This document shows, piece by piece, positions 38,404-47,802 of a stretch of DNA of 64,000 nt. Made by a program: the position numbers and the translations under genes. The notes under the pieces were generated by a model. The model worked only from the letters and a program-made list of their open reading frames with translations. It made no database searches and was not told where the DNA came from. Position 1 is the first letter of the stretch; the number at the start of each line of letters is the position of its first letter. Source of the DNA: SAR86 cluster bacterium (GTDB lineage Bacteria; Pseudomonadota; Gammaproteobacteria; Magnimaribacterales; D2472). The DNA lies in assembly GCA_003331565.1 (NCBI GenBank), contig QOPE01000001.1, forward strand, positions 15,823-79,822. The letters run 5' to 3'.

Positions 38404-39863
38404 TGTCTGATAACGTTGATATTAATGTCCGCTCAGGATACGACTCCCTATTAACAGAAATTGCCCAATATGTTTCAGATTATGACGTTAATTCTGATTT
38501 AGCACTTGAAACAGCAAAGAATTGTTTGATTGATACAGTAGGCTGTGGTCTGCTTGCTTTGACTTTTCCTGCATGTACAAAAATGCTGGGTCCGGTAGTT
38601 CCTGGCACCGAAGTTCCTCATGGAGTAAGAGTGCCTGGCACCAATTTTTCACTTGACCCTGTAAAAGGCGCTTTTGACATCGGTTGCATGATCAGATGGT
38701 TAGATTACAACGATACATGGCTTGCTGCTGAATGGGGCCATCCGTCAGATAACTTAGGTGCAATTTTAGCTGTTGGTGATTTTGTATCTCAAAAAAATAT
38801 AGCAGATGGAAAAGATCCTCTAACGATGAAAGATGTTTTGCAATCTATGGTTATGGCACACGAAGTTCAAGGAGTTTTGGCACTAACAAACAGTTTCAAT
38901 AGAGTTGGCTTGGATCACGTTGTTTTAGTTAAGGTCGCATCAACAGCTGTTGCTACAAAATTATTGGGCGGCAATTTTAAACAAATTAGAGATGCCGTTT
39001 CTCAAGCTTGGGTTGATGGTCAAAGTTTGCGTACTTATCGTCATGCACCAAATGCAGGCTCAAGAAAAAGCTGGGCTGCTGGTGATGCCACTAGCAGAGC
39101 TGTGCGGCTAGCAATGATTACTCTTGGTGGCGAGATGGGTTATCCAAGTGTTCTTTCTGCGAAAACCTGGGGTTTTGAAGACGTGCTCTTTAACGAACAG
39201 CAACTTTCTTTATCACAGCCTTTTGCAACTTACGTAATGGAGAATGTTTTATTTAAAATTAGTTTTCCAGCTGAGTTTCATGCCCAAACAGCTGTAGAGG
39301 CAGCAGTGACTTTGCACAGCCAGATTAAAGATAGGCTTTCAGAAATTCAGCAAATAGAAGTAACAACTCATGAATCAGCTATAAGAATTATCTCAAAAGT
39401 TGGTGAGCTAAATAATCCTGCTGATCGAGATCATTGTTTGCAGTACATGATTGCCATTGGTCTTATACATGGAGACCTCATTGCTGAGCATTATGAAGAT
39501 GATGTTGCTGCAGATCCTCTAGTGGATGAGCTTAGAGAAAAGATGGTTATTAAAGAGGATAAACGTTACACAGAAGAATATCTCGAAGCTGATAAACGCT
39601 CGATTGCCAATAAAATTCAAATCTTTTTTAATGACGGTTCTTCCTCTGATGCTGTTGAAGTGGAATACCCTATTGGGCATAAAAGAAGACGTGAGGAGGG
39701 CATCCCAGTCCTCGAGAAAAAATTTAAAACCAATTTAGAAAAAATCTATGATGCTGAGCATGCTAAATCTATTTTTGATAAGTGTTCAGATCTTGGATCT
39801 TTAAGTCAAATGTCCGTTATAGATTTTCAAGAATTATTTACCTTAGAAAAAAATCCTTTTTAG
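38403..39863 (+). CDS. prpD: 2-methylcitrate dehydratase
   Basis: The 486-aa protein belongs to the MmgE/PrpD family and follows prpC with a TAATG overlap. Confidence 0.88.
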   Translation: MSDNVDINVRSGYDSLLTEIAQYVSDYDVNSDLALETAKNCLIDTVGCGLLALTFPACTKMLGPVVPGTEVPHGVRVPGTNFSLDPVKGAFDIGCMIRWLDYNDTWLAAEWGHPSDNLGAILAVGDFVSQKNIADGKDPLTMKDVLQSMVMAHEVQGVLALTNSFNRVGLDHVVLVKVASTAVATKLLGGNFKQIRDAVSQAWVDGQSLRTYRHAPNAGSRKSWAAGDATSRAVRLAMITLGGEMGYPSVLSAKTWGFEDVLFNEQQLSLSQPFATYVMENVLFKISFPAEFHAQTAVEAAVTLHSQIKDRLSEIQQIEVTTHESAIRIISKVGELNNPADRDHCLQYMIAIGLIHGDLIAEHYEDDVAADPLVDELREKMVIKEDKRYTEEYLEADKRSIANKIQIFFNDGSSSDAVEVEYPIGHKRRREEGIPVLEKKFKTNLEKIYDAEHAKSIFDKCSDLGSLSQMSVIDFQELFTLEKNPF

Positions 39864-39864
39864 A

Positions 39865-41880
39865 TCAGAACTCTGAGGGAATAAACCTCACTGCCTCTTG
39901 GCTAAATAAAAATGTTTGATCTGCAAAATGTGGTGAGGATTCTACTCTAGAGGAACCAAAATTATGCATCCCATAAACAAATCTATATTCTCCTTCTTGA
40001 GCAACGATGAAAAATAATCCATCACCACCGCTCATGTCCATGGTTTGAGTTTCTTTATTAGGAACACCATAAACAGCTCTTAAGGTATCGACAGAGCCTT
40101 GAATTGGATGAGATCTATCTCCTCTCGAAATGGTTGTTAGATCTCTCCATTCATCATCATCTTTTTTATCGATCATAGAAAATATCTTTTTACACTCTTC
40201 AATTGCATCAAAGGTTGAAATAAGATCTTGATTATTAAATTCAGATAACCATTCTTGAGCCATTATGCATGAACTCATGCCTGCCAATCTATTTTGGAAA
40301 TCTGTTTTTAGATTCCATGAAGATAGCTTATTTAATTTTTTTGGATTTTCTTTTATAGCTTTTTGAAGATATTTGAATTGTCTGGATGATTTTGAATATT
40401 GATTATCATGCTTAAACTTATAAAACTCTTCATAGTTAAAAACTATCTCAGATTCTAAAATTTCATTTGCCCTAAACGACCTATTAGTCAGTCTGGTCTC
40501 AAAATCTGCATCAGAATAATTATATTTTAATTCTTTTGAAAATTTTCCCATCACATAGAAAGGATCTTGATTCGTACTTTGAATCCATCCGTTTTTAGGG
40601 TTTACATAAGTTGGTAGATCTAGAACTAAATCTTGCGAAGGCAAATTTTTTGATTTCGAAGTTGTAATGATTTTCCTGGATAAAGTTGGGTTATCCCTTT
40701 TTGGAATCATGCCATTATAAAAATATCCAATATTTTGTTCTCGATCCATTACTACAAAATTAAAACTTGGAATTTTTCTCTTATTAATCTTTTCTTTAAA
40801 TTCATTAACTGAGCTAGATACATTCAACTCAAACCATCCAAGGGTTTCACCAAAATAAGTATCTGTTGAATGACTGATAGCAAACTTATCTCCTTCTATT
40901 TCAATGACGGGCCCAAAATCAGAGTACTGGAAGTCTCGATTAACATTAATTGTTAAGAAATTTAGCAGCCTTATTCGCAATGAATCTTTTTCCGTCACAA
41001 AATCTTTCCAGCTATCATCGACCTTATACTGATTAGTATTATTAGGATTTATTTCTAGTTTATAGATATCAAATATATCTGGTCTATTAACTGTTGCACC
41101 CCATCCAATGTTTTTATTGAAACCTACATTGATCAAAAAAGACCCAGGAAAATTTCCACCATGAGCTTGCCAACCTTCATCACTACTAACATTTAATTCA
41201 TACCATCCAACTGGTCCTGATAAGGGTTGATGAGAATTAATCATTAGATAGGAACTATTTGGAATAGTTTTTTTCCCATTAACTGCAATTGCATTTGAAC
41301 CGGTCGGCACCTCAGCAGATTTTTCAAAGTTATTTAATGACTCAATTTCCCTAAAAAGTCCGGCAAATAAAAGATGTTGTATGTGCGAACCCAAGAGCAC
41401 ATCCCGAATAGTTACGGGATGCATTTTTCTGTTTACTTTAGCTGGATTCTGTTTGGCAAAATAATTAATCCCGTCAACATAGCCTTTGGCAAGGTCAATG
41501 ATTTCTGATGGAAGTTGAGCCAAGCTATTCTCGTCGTATTTTTCATGAATTTTTAATAGTCTTATTAGGTAATCAGTGGTTGCTCCATCAATTCCATTTT
41601 TTATACCGTTTTCACCTTTATATAGGGGCATGAGCTGAACTAAATCTTCGTAAGCATCTTCAGCATGCACATAACCAATACCAAAAGATATATCCTTATT
41701 TGTTGCTCCTTTGATGTGCGGTACTCCCCAAAAATCTCTATTGATTTCATAGGAGTAATTGTTGATATCAATATTTATTGGTCGAAATTGGGCGCAAGAT
41801 TGGAAAACAACCATGCACACAATTATCATGGAATGAGCTATTGGTTTTTTGTAGAAAGACACAATATAGATTCTATACAT
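39865..41880 (-). CDS. Ntn-hydrolase acylase, penicillin amidase (S45) family; PvdQ/acyl-homoserine-lactone acylase-like
   Basis: The presumptive beta-chain N-terminus GSNAIAVNG...MINSHQP carries a Ser-Asn nucleophile as in S45 acylases. The N-terminus is hydrophobic with a lipobox-like FQSC. The start codon is uncertain. Confidence 0.75.
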   Translation of the reverse strand: MYRIYIVSFYKKPIAHSMIIVCMVVFQSCAQFRPINIDINNYSYEINRDFWGVPHIKGATNKDISFGIGYVHAEDAYEDLVQLMPLYKGENGIKNGIDGATTDYLIRLLKIHEKYDENSLAQLPSEIIDLAKGYVDGINYFAKQNPAKVNRKMHPVTIRDVLLGSHIQHLLFAGLFREIESLNNFEKSAEVPTGSNAIAVNGKKTIPNSSYLMINSHQPLSGPVGWYELNVSSDEGWQAHGGNFPGSFLINVGFNKNIGWGATVNRPDIFDIYKLEINPNNTNQYKVDDSWKDFVTEKDSLRIRLLNFLTINVNRDFQYSDFGPVIEIEGDKFAISHSTDTYFGETLGWFELNVSSSVNEFKEKINKRKIPSFNFVVMDREQNIGYFYNGMIPKRDNPTLSRKIITTSKSKNLPSQDLVLDLPTYVNPKNGWIQSTNQDPFYVMGKFSKELKYNYSDADFETRLTNRSFRANEILESEIVFNYEEFYKFKHDNQYSKSSRQFKYLQKAIKENPKKLNKLSSWNLKTDFQNRLAGMSSCIMAQEWLSEFNNQDLISTFDAIEECKKIFSMIDKKDDDEWRDLTTISRGDRSHPIQGSVDTLRAVYGVPNKETQTMDMSGGDGLFFIVAQEGEYRFVYGMHNFGSSRVESSPHFADQTFLFSQEAVRFIPSEF

Positions 41881-41891
41881 TTTTATTAAAT

Positions 41892-42581
41892 ATGAGCAAA
41901 AATATTCTAATTATTGGTGGCAACTCAGAGATCGGCAAACATTTAGGAAAACTTTGTCATAAGGACGGATATTCTCTTTTTGTTACGTCCAGGTCAGGAC
42001 AAACTGAAATTGATGGGACTCAAATTCAATGTGATCCATTAGGGGACTTATCAGTTTTAGATGAACTTCCAGAATCATTGGATGGATTTGTATATTGTCC
42101 TGGCACCATTAATTTAAAGTCTCTTCAACGAATGACCCTGGATGATTTACAAAACGATATGAATATAAATTTTTTTGGTGCCTTTAATACCTTCAAGCAC
42201 GTACTTTCAAAACTTAAAAAGGATAATGGTGCATCAGCAGTATTCTTTTCAACGGTTGCAGCCCAAACAGGAATGACATTTCATTCATCAATAGCTGCTG
42301 CGAAAGGAGCCCTAGAATCTTTTGCAAAAGCATCTGCAGCTGAATTAGCACCTAGATTAGCAATCAATGTCATTGCTCCTTCAATTACCAAAACACCAAT
42401 GGCATCTAATTTGCTTTCAGATGACAAAAAGATTGATGCCTCTGCTGATAGACACCCCTTGAAGGAAATTGGAAGTCCTGAACAAGTAGCCAAAACTGCT
42501 AGATTTCTGCTGGATGCTAAAGAGAACTGGATTACTGGTCAGATTGTTAATCAAGACGGTGGCATGTCAACGTTAAAGTAG
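41892..42581 (+). CDS. short-chain dehydrogenase/reductase (SDR)
   Basis: It has the Rossmann motif ILIIGGNSEIGKHL and the catalytic YxxxK-equivalent region (SSIAAAKGAL). I moved the start to ATG 41892 because the track extension runs antisense into the acylase gene. Confidence 0.8.
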   Translation: MSKNILIIGGNSEIGKHLGKLCHKDGYSLFVTSRSGQTEIDGTQIQCDPLGDLSVLDELPESLDGFVYCPGTINLKSLQRMTLDDLQNDMNINFFGAFNTFKHVLSKLKKDNGASAVFFSTVAAQTGMTFHSSIAAAKGALESFAKASAAELAPRLAINVIAPSITKTPMASNLLSDDKKIDASADRHPLKEIGSPEQVAKTARFLLDAKENWITGQIVNQDGGMSTLK

Positions 42582-42614
42582 GGCTATAACTTAAATTGGA
42601 CTATAATCACGTCC

Positions 42615-43694
42615 ATGTCAGGCAACACATATGGAAAAATATTCACTGTTTCGACTTTTGGCGAGAGTCATGGAACAGCTATGGGCTGCATTATCGATGG
42701 GTGTCCACCTAACATAGCTATCTTAGAAACTGACATTCAGCATGATCTTGATCGAAGAAGGCCAGGTCAATCTGACGTTACTACTCAAAGAAAAGAAGAT
42801 GACAAAGTTAAGATTCTTTCAGGTGTATTTGAAGGAAAAACCACTGGAACGCCTATTGGCCTAATTATCTTTAATGAAGATCAAAGATCGCATGACTATT
42901 CAAATATAAAAGATGTTTTTAGACCTAATCATGCTGATATTACTTATCAAGGCAAGTATGGAATAAGAGACTATCGTGGAGGCGGCAGGGCGAGTGCCAG
43001 AGAAACATCAATGCGAGTCGCAGCTGGAGCTGTTGCCAAAAAGGTGCTCAAAGAAAAAGGGATTATCATTAGTTCTTGGGTCCAGCAAATTGGTGAGATT
43101 AAAGCAGACAATTTCAGTAATAACTCTTCAAATAAATATAATTTTTGCGATGAATCAAAACTGCCAGAGCTAGACGAATTATTTAATCAGCTTATTGATG
43201 ATGGTGACTCAGTTGGAGCTGAGTTAGGAGTCAAAATTTCTGGTTGTAAAATTGGTCTCGGCGAACCAGTTTTTGATAAATTAGATGCAGAGCTTGCAAA
43301 AGCAATAGTTTCAATCAATGCTGTTAAAAGCGTATCTTTTGGGAATGCAGACCTATTTTTATCAAAAAAAGGCTCAGAGGTAAGGGATGAAATGAACCCT
43401 GATGGTTATCTCTCGAATAATTCTGGCGGGATTCTTGGAGGAATTTCATCCGGTCAAGATATCGATCTTTCATTTATTATCAAGCCAACCTCAAGCATTG
43501 CATCAAAATCAAAAGCTGTGGATGTGGATGGCAATGAAGTATCGCTAGAGGTCAAAGGAAGGCATGATCCATGTGTTGCAATAAGAGCAGTTCCCATTGC
43601 AGAAGCTATGTGTGCTCTTTGTATTCTTGATCATTATCTAAGAAATGCTGCTCAATGCTCTGATGTAAACCAAAAGCTTCCTTTTAATCCCTGA
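42615..43694 (+). CDS. aroC: chorismate synthase
   Basis: It has the N-terminus [18 protein letters not shown] and the [10 protein letters not shown] motif. Confidence 0.93.
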   Translation: MSGNTYGKIFTVSTFGESHGTAMGCIIDGCPPNIAILETDIQHDLDRRRPGQSDVTTQRKEDDKVKILSGVFEGKTTGTPIGLIIFNEDQRSHDYSNIKDVFRPNHADITYQGKYGIRDYRGGGRASARETSMRVAAGAVAKKVLKEKGIIISSWVQQIGEIKADNFSNNSSNKYNFCDESKLPELDELFNQLIDDGDSVGAELGVKISGCKIGLGEPVFDKLDAELAKAIVSINAVKSVSFGNADLFLSKKGSEVRDEMNPDGYLSNNSGGILGGISSGQDIDLSFIIKPTSSIASKSKAVDVDGNEVSLEVKGRHDPCVAIRAVPIAEAMCALCILDHYLRNAAQCSDVNQKLPFNP

Positions 43695-45085
43695 TGAAAA
43701 CCCTTTATGACAAGTTATGGGATGACCATGTCGTAGAAGATCTAGGATCAGGCGATCACCTTATTTATATTGATCGACACTTTCTTCATGAGGTTACATC
43801 TCCACAAGCGTTTGATGGGATCAACAAAAAAAATCTAAGGCCTTGGAGAGTTGCTGCCAATATTGCAACTCCTGATCACAATGTTCCCACAACAAGGGGT
43901 CAAAACTTTGAACTTGAATCTATTGAGGATGAGGTATCAAAAATTCAGATTATAGAGCTTGATAGAAATTGTAATAAATTTGATATCCAACAATTTGATA
44001 TCAATTCAGAGCAACAAGGAATAGTTCATGTTGTTGGTCCTGAAAATGGCTTCACTTTACCAGGCATGACGATAGTATGCGGAGACTCTCATACCTCAAC
44101 ACATGGAGCATTTGCTGCTCTATCAATGGGAATTGGCACCTCAGAGGTAGAACATGTTTTGGCTACACAATGCTTGAGAATTAAAAAGCTTAAGAACTTT
44201 AGAATTAATCTATCAGGATGTCCTCGACCTGACGTTACTTCCAAGGATGTTATTTTATATGTGATCCGATCAATCGGAACCGATGGGGGAACAGGGCATG
44301 CCATTGAATTTAGCGGAGACTATATCTCATCTCTTTCAATGGAATCTCGAATGACTATTTGCAATATGTCTATTGAAGCAGGAGCTAAGGTAGGCTTAAT
44401 TGCTTTCGATAAAATGACAGAATCTTATCTATCTGACAAGGTGAAATTAGATAAAAGTGAATATGATAAAGCGCTAGATTACTGGAAAAGTCTTTCTTCA
44501 GATTCAAACGCAAAGTTTGATAAGGAAATAGAAATCGATGTTTCCAAAATTAAGCCACAGGTCTCTTGGGGAACCTCTCCTGAAATGACAAGTGACTATG
44601 ATTCATGTGTTCCCGAACTAAATCAAAATAGTGACAAATATTCAACTTATAAAAAGGCAATTGAATATATGGGTCTAAAAGAAAGAGAAAAATTATCTGA
44701 TCTTACTTTTAATAAAGTATTTGTTGGTTCATGTACTAATTCAAGAATAGAAGATCTAAGGTTAGTAGCATCAGAGGTCAAAGACAAAAGAATTTCAGAA
44801 AATATTGAGGAAGCTTTGATTGTTCCAGGTTCTGGTCAGGTAAAGTTAGAAGCCGAAAAAGAAGGCCTTGATAAAATTTTTATTGAAGCAGGCTTTAGTT
44901 GGAGGGATCCAGGTTGCTCAATGTGTTTGGGGATGAACGAGGATAAATTATCTCCTGGTGACAGATGTGCATCTACATCTAATAGAAATTTTGAAGGCCG
45001 GCAAGGACATATGGGAAGAACACACCTGGTAAGTCCGATGATGGCAGCAAGAATAGCTATCCATGGAGGAATTCCGCATGAGTGA
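43694..45085 (+). CDS. leuC: 3-isopropylmalate dehydratase large subunit
   Basis: It has [14 protein letters not shown], the GDSHT motif, and the Fe-S cysteines CTNSR and DPGCSMCLG. Confidence 0.94.
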   Translation: MKTLYDKLWDDHVVEDLGSGDHLIYIDRHFLHEVTSPQAFDGINKKNLRPWRVAANIATPDHNVPTTRGQNFELESIEDEVSKIQIIELDRNCNKFDIQQFDINSEQQGIVHVVGPENGFTLPGMTIVCGDSHTSTHGAFAALSMGIGTSEVEHVLATQCLRIKKLKNFRINLSGCPRPDVTSKDVILYVIRSIGTDGGTGHAIEFSGDYISSLSMESRMTICNMSIEAGAKVGLIAFDKMTESYLSDKVKLDKSEYDKALDYWKSLSSDSNAKFDKEIEIDVSKIKPQVSWGTSPEMTSDYDSCVPELNQNSDKYSTYKKAIEYMGLKEREKLSDLTFNKVFVGSCTNSRIEDLRLVASEVKDKRISENIEEALIVPGSGQVKLEAEKEGLDKIFIEAGFSWRDPGCSMCLGMNEDKLSPGDRCASTSNRNFEGRQGHMGRTHLVSPMMAARIAIHGGIPHE

Positions 45086-45704
45086 GTTTAAAAATATTTC
45101 AGGGATTGCTTGCCTCCTTGATATAGATAACATTGATACTGACCAAATTATTCCTACCGAGTACCTTAAGTCTATAAAGAAATTTGGATTTGGAGATTTT
45201 TTGTTTGATGGTTGGCGATATCACGATATTGCAAATATTAATACCCTGACTTCATCGAGATCGCTAAATAAAGATTTTATTTTGAATCAAGCGCCATATA
45301 ACGAATCAAAAATTATTATCACAGGTAAAAATTTTGGATGTGGGTCTAGTAGAGAACATGCAGTTTGGGCACTGCGTGATTTTGGTATAGAAACAGTTAT
45401 AGCAGAGTCTTTTGGCGATATTTTTTATAATAATTGTTTTAAGAATGGAGTTCTTCCAATAGCTCTTAATCAGGATGAGCTTTTAATGGTGAAAGACTAT
45501 GTGAGCAATGAATCAAAACTTCACATCAGCCTTGCAGATAAGAACATTGCCATCAAAAATGAAAAAATAGCTTTTGAAGTAGATTCTGGGATGCTAGACA
45601 TGATTATTACAGGTCAGGATGAGGTGGATATTACTTTATCAATTTCTAAAAAGATCAAGTCTTATGAATCTAATAGATTGAAACAGAAACCTTGGCTTAA
45701 TTGA
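45078..45704 (+). CDS. leuD: 3-isopropylmalate dehydratase small subunit
   Basis: It has GKNFGCGSSREHA. I chose the ATG at 45078, which overlaps the leuC end by 8 nt, over the track start at 45063. Confidence 0.92.
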   Translation: MSEFKNISGIACLLDIDNIDTDQIIPTEYLKSIKKFGFGDFLFDGWRYHDIANINTLTSSRSLNKDFILNQAPYNESKIIITGKNFGCGSSREHAVWALRDFGIETVIAESFGDIFYNNCFKNGVLPIALNQDELLMVKDYVSNESKLHISLADKNIAIKNEKIAFEVDSGMLDMIITGQDEVDITLSISKKIKSYESNRLKQKPWLN

Positions 45705-45708
45705 GTAA

Positions 45709-46779
45709 ATGAAGAAGATATTAGCATTACCTGGAGATGGAATTGGTGCTGAAGTAATGGAATCTGCGCTTGAGATCCTTGATTACTTGATGACTAGAGA
45801 TAATCTTGACTTACGAGTCAATCACAAGTCAGTAGGGGGAACCTCATATGAAGAGCATGGGTTGCCTATTACTGATGAAGCTCTTTCATTGGCAAAAGAT
45901 TCAGATGCAATTCTTTTTGGTGCCGTTGGGTCTCCGAAATGGGACTCTTTGGAATGGGATAAAAGGCCTGAGCAAGCACTTCTGACTCTAAGAAAAGAGC
46001 TCGATTTATTTGCAAATCTACGTCCAGCTTTTCTATTTAATGAGCTCGCAGATGCATCTTCTCTTAAAAAAGAGGTTATTGAGAATTTAGATATTTTAAT
46101 TGTCCGTGAACTAACTGGGGGATTATATTTCGGTGAACCAAGAGGTATTGATAAATCAGTTACCCCAGCATTTGGCTTCAATACAATGCGATATGATGCT
46201 TACGAAATTAATCGAATAGCTAAAATTGCATTTGAGGCTAGCCAAAAAAGAAAAAATAAAGTTTGTTCAGTTGATAAAGCAAATGTTCTTGAAGTATCTA
46301 GGTTTTGGAGAGAAACAGTAAGCGACTTACACAATAAAGACTTTTCCAGCCAAGAACTTTCTCACATGCTCGCAGACAATGCTGCCATGCAGTTGGTTAT
46401 AGACCCTAATCAATTCGATGTAATTTTAGCTTCAAACTTATTTGGGGATATTCTTTCAGATATTGCTGCCACATTAACAGGATCAATTGGGATGCTTCCT
46501 TCAGCTTCATTAAATGAGAAAAATGTTGGTATGTATGAGCCATGTCATGGAAGCGCTCCTGATATTGCAGGCAAAGATTTAGCTAATCCTCTGGCGATGA
46601 TTTTGTCTTTATCGATGGCATTTCGGTATTCTCTTAATTTGGATGGTCTTGCTGATGAACTTGATAAGGCTGTACGTTGTCTAATTTCCAATGGAGCAAG
46701 GACCAGAGATATAGCTAATGAGAGTCCTTTTTTAAAAACTTCTGAAGTAGCTAAAGAACTTATCGAGATTCTTAAATGA
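45709..46779 (+). CDS. leuB: 3-isopropylmalate dehydrogenase
   Basis: It has LPGDGIGAEV, the NLFGDILSD motif and GSAPDIAG. Confidence 0.94.
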   Translation: MKKILALPGDGIGAEVMESALEILDYLMTRDNLDLRVNHKSVGGTSYEEHGLPITDEALSLAKDSDAILFGAVGSPKWDSLEWDKRPEQALLTLRKELDLFANLRPAFLFNELADASSLKKEVIENLDILIVRELTGGLYFGEPRGIDKSVTPAFGFNTMRYDAYEINRIAKIAFEASQKRKNKVCSVDKANVLEVSRFWRETVSDLHNKDFSSQELSHMLADNAAMQLVIDPNQFDVILASNLFGDILSDIAATLTGSIGMLPSASLNEKNVGMYEPCHGSAPDIAGKDLANPLAMILSLSMAFRYSLNLDGLADELDKAVRCLISNGARTRDIANESPFLKTSEVAKELIEILK

Positions 46780-47801
46780 AAGCAATAAATTTAGGCATTA
46801 TTGGGGCAACGGGAATGGTTGGTCGAAAACTATTAGATTTATTGGCTAAAAAAGATTTTCCAATTAATAAACTTTCTTTATTTGGAAAAAGTACTGTTGG
46901 CGAATCCGTATTATTTAGGTCAGAAGAGCAAATTATTCAGCCTTTAAACAATGATTCGTTTAATGGTTTAGATTTAACAATTTTTAGCGCCGGCTCATCA
47001 GTAGCAAGAGAATTTTGTTACAAAGCTATAAATCAAGATAATTATGTAATCGATTTGTCTTCTGAGTTTAGATATCAGGAACATGTCCCGCTTATTGTCC
47101 CAGAAATAAACGGAGGAATAATTGACGACCTAAAGCAACCAACACTAATAGCTAATCCTAATTGTACAACTGCTCAACTGCTTATGGCCTTGAAGCCAAT
47201 TCATGACTTGGCACAGATAGACCATTTTGACTTAGCAACCTATCAAGCGGTTTCAGGGACTGGAAAGGCAGCTGTAGAGGAGCTCCGTCAGGAAACATTC
47301 TCAAAAGAATCTACCGATATTCAAAAAGTCTATCCAAAACAAATAGCTTTCAATGCAATCCCTCAGTGCGACATATTTTTAGATGATTACTATACAAAAG
47401 AAGAGATGAAAGTGGTTTGGGAAACTCAAAAAATTATGGATCCAAAAATAACTGTCAATGCAACCTGTGTCAGGGTCCCTGTTTTTAATGGACATTCTGA
47501 AGCTGTATTTATTAAAACCAAAAATTTTGTTACTAGGGAAGAAGTTTTAAAGGCTCTTAATAATTTTAATGGGGTTACAGTTATAGATAATCCTGATTTA
47601 CAAGAGTATCCAACACCCCTTGAGCATGCAAATGATACTGAGGAGGTTTATGTAGGCAGAGTAAGAAGTAAAGATATGCATGATCATGGGTTGATATCTT
47701 TATGGATTGTTGCTGATAATGTTTATGGTAAAGGAGCGGCACTCAATGCAATTCAAATTGCTGAGAGATTGTTAAATAATAACTCTTTAAAGAGAAATTA
47801 A
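46776..47801 (+). CDS. asd: aspartate-semialdehyde dehydrogenase, short (Bacillus-type / USG-1-like) form
   Basis: It is co-linear with Bacillus-type Asd, sharing GATGMVG, the active-site segment ANPNCTT, QAVSGTG and the NGHS histidine. Its position equals that of asd/usg upstream of fimV-truA. Confidence 0.8.
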   Translation: MKAINLGIIGATGMVGRKLLDLLAKKDFPINKLSLFGKSTVGESVLFRSEEQIIQPLNNDSFNGLDLTIFSAGSSVAREFCYKAINQDNYVIDLSSEFRYQEHVPLIVPEINGGIIDDLKQPTLIANPNCTTAQLLMALKPIHDLAQIDHFDLATYQAVSGTGKAAVEELRQETFSKESTDIQKVYPKQIAFNAIPQCDIFLDDYYTKEEMKVVWETQKIMDPKITVNATCVRVPVFNGHSEAVFIKTKNFVTREEVLKALNNFNGVTVIDNPDLQEYPTPLEHANDTEEVYVGRVRSKDMHDHGLISLWIVADNVYGKGAALNAIQIAERLLNNNSLKRN

Positions 47802-47802
47802 A

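Noticed and set aside
45822-46181. Other antisense or alternative-frame ORFs of 60-119 aa lie inside well-supported genes. Examples are 45822-46181 in leuB, 54670-55017 in purF, 62483-62821 in cysS, 25595-25891 in the ADH gene, and many 60-90-aa ORFs on the track.
   Set aside because: Each is fully embedded in a gene with clear family motifs. Their translations are compositionally odd (Ser/Leu/Phe-rich) and match nothing I recognise.
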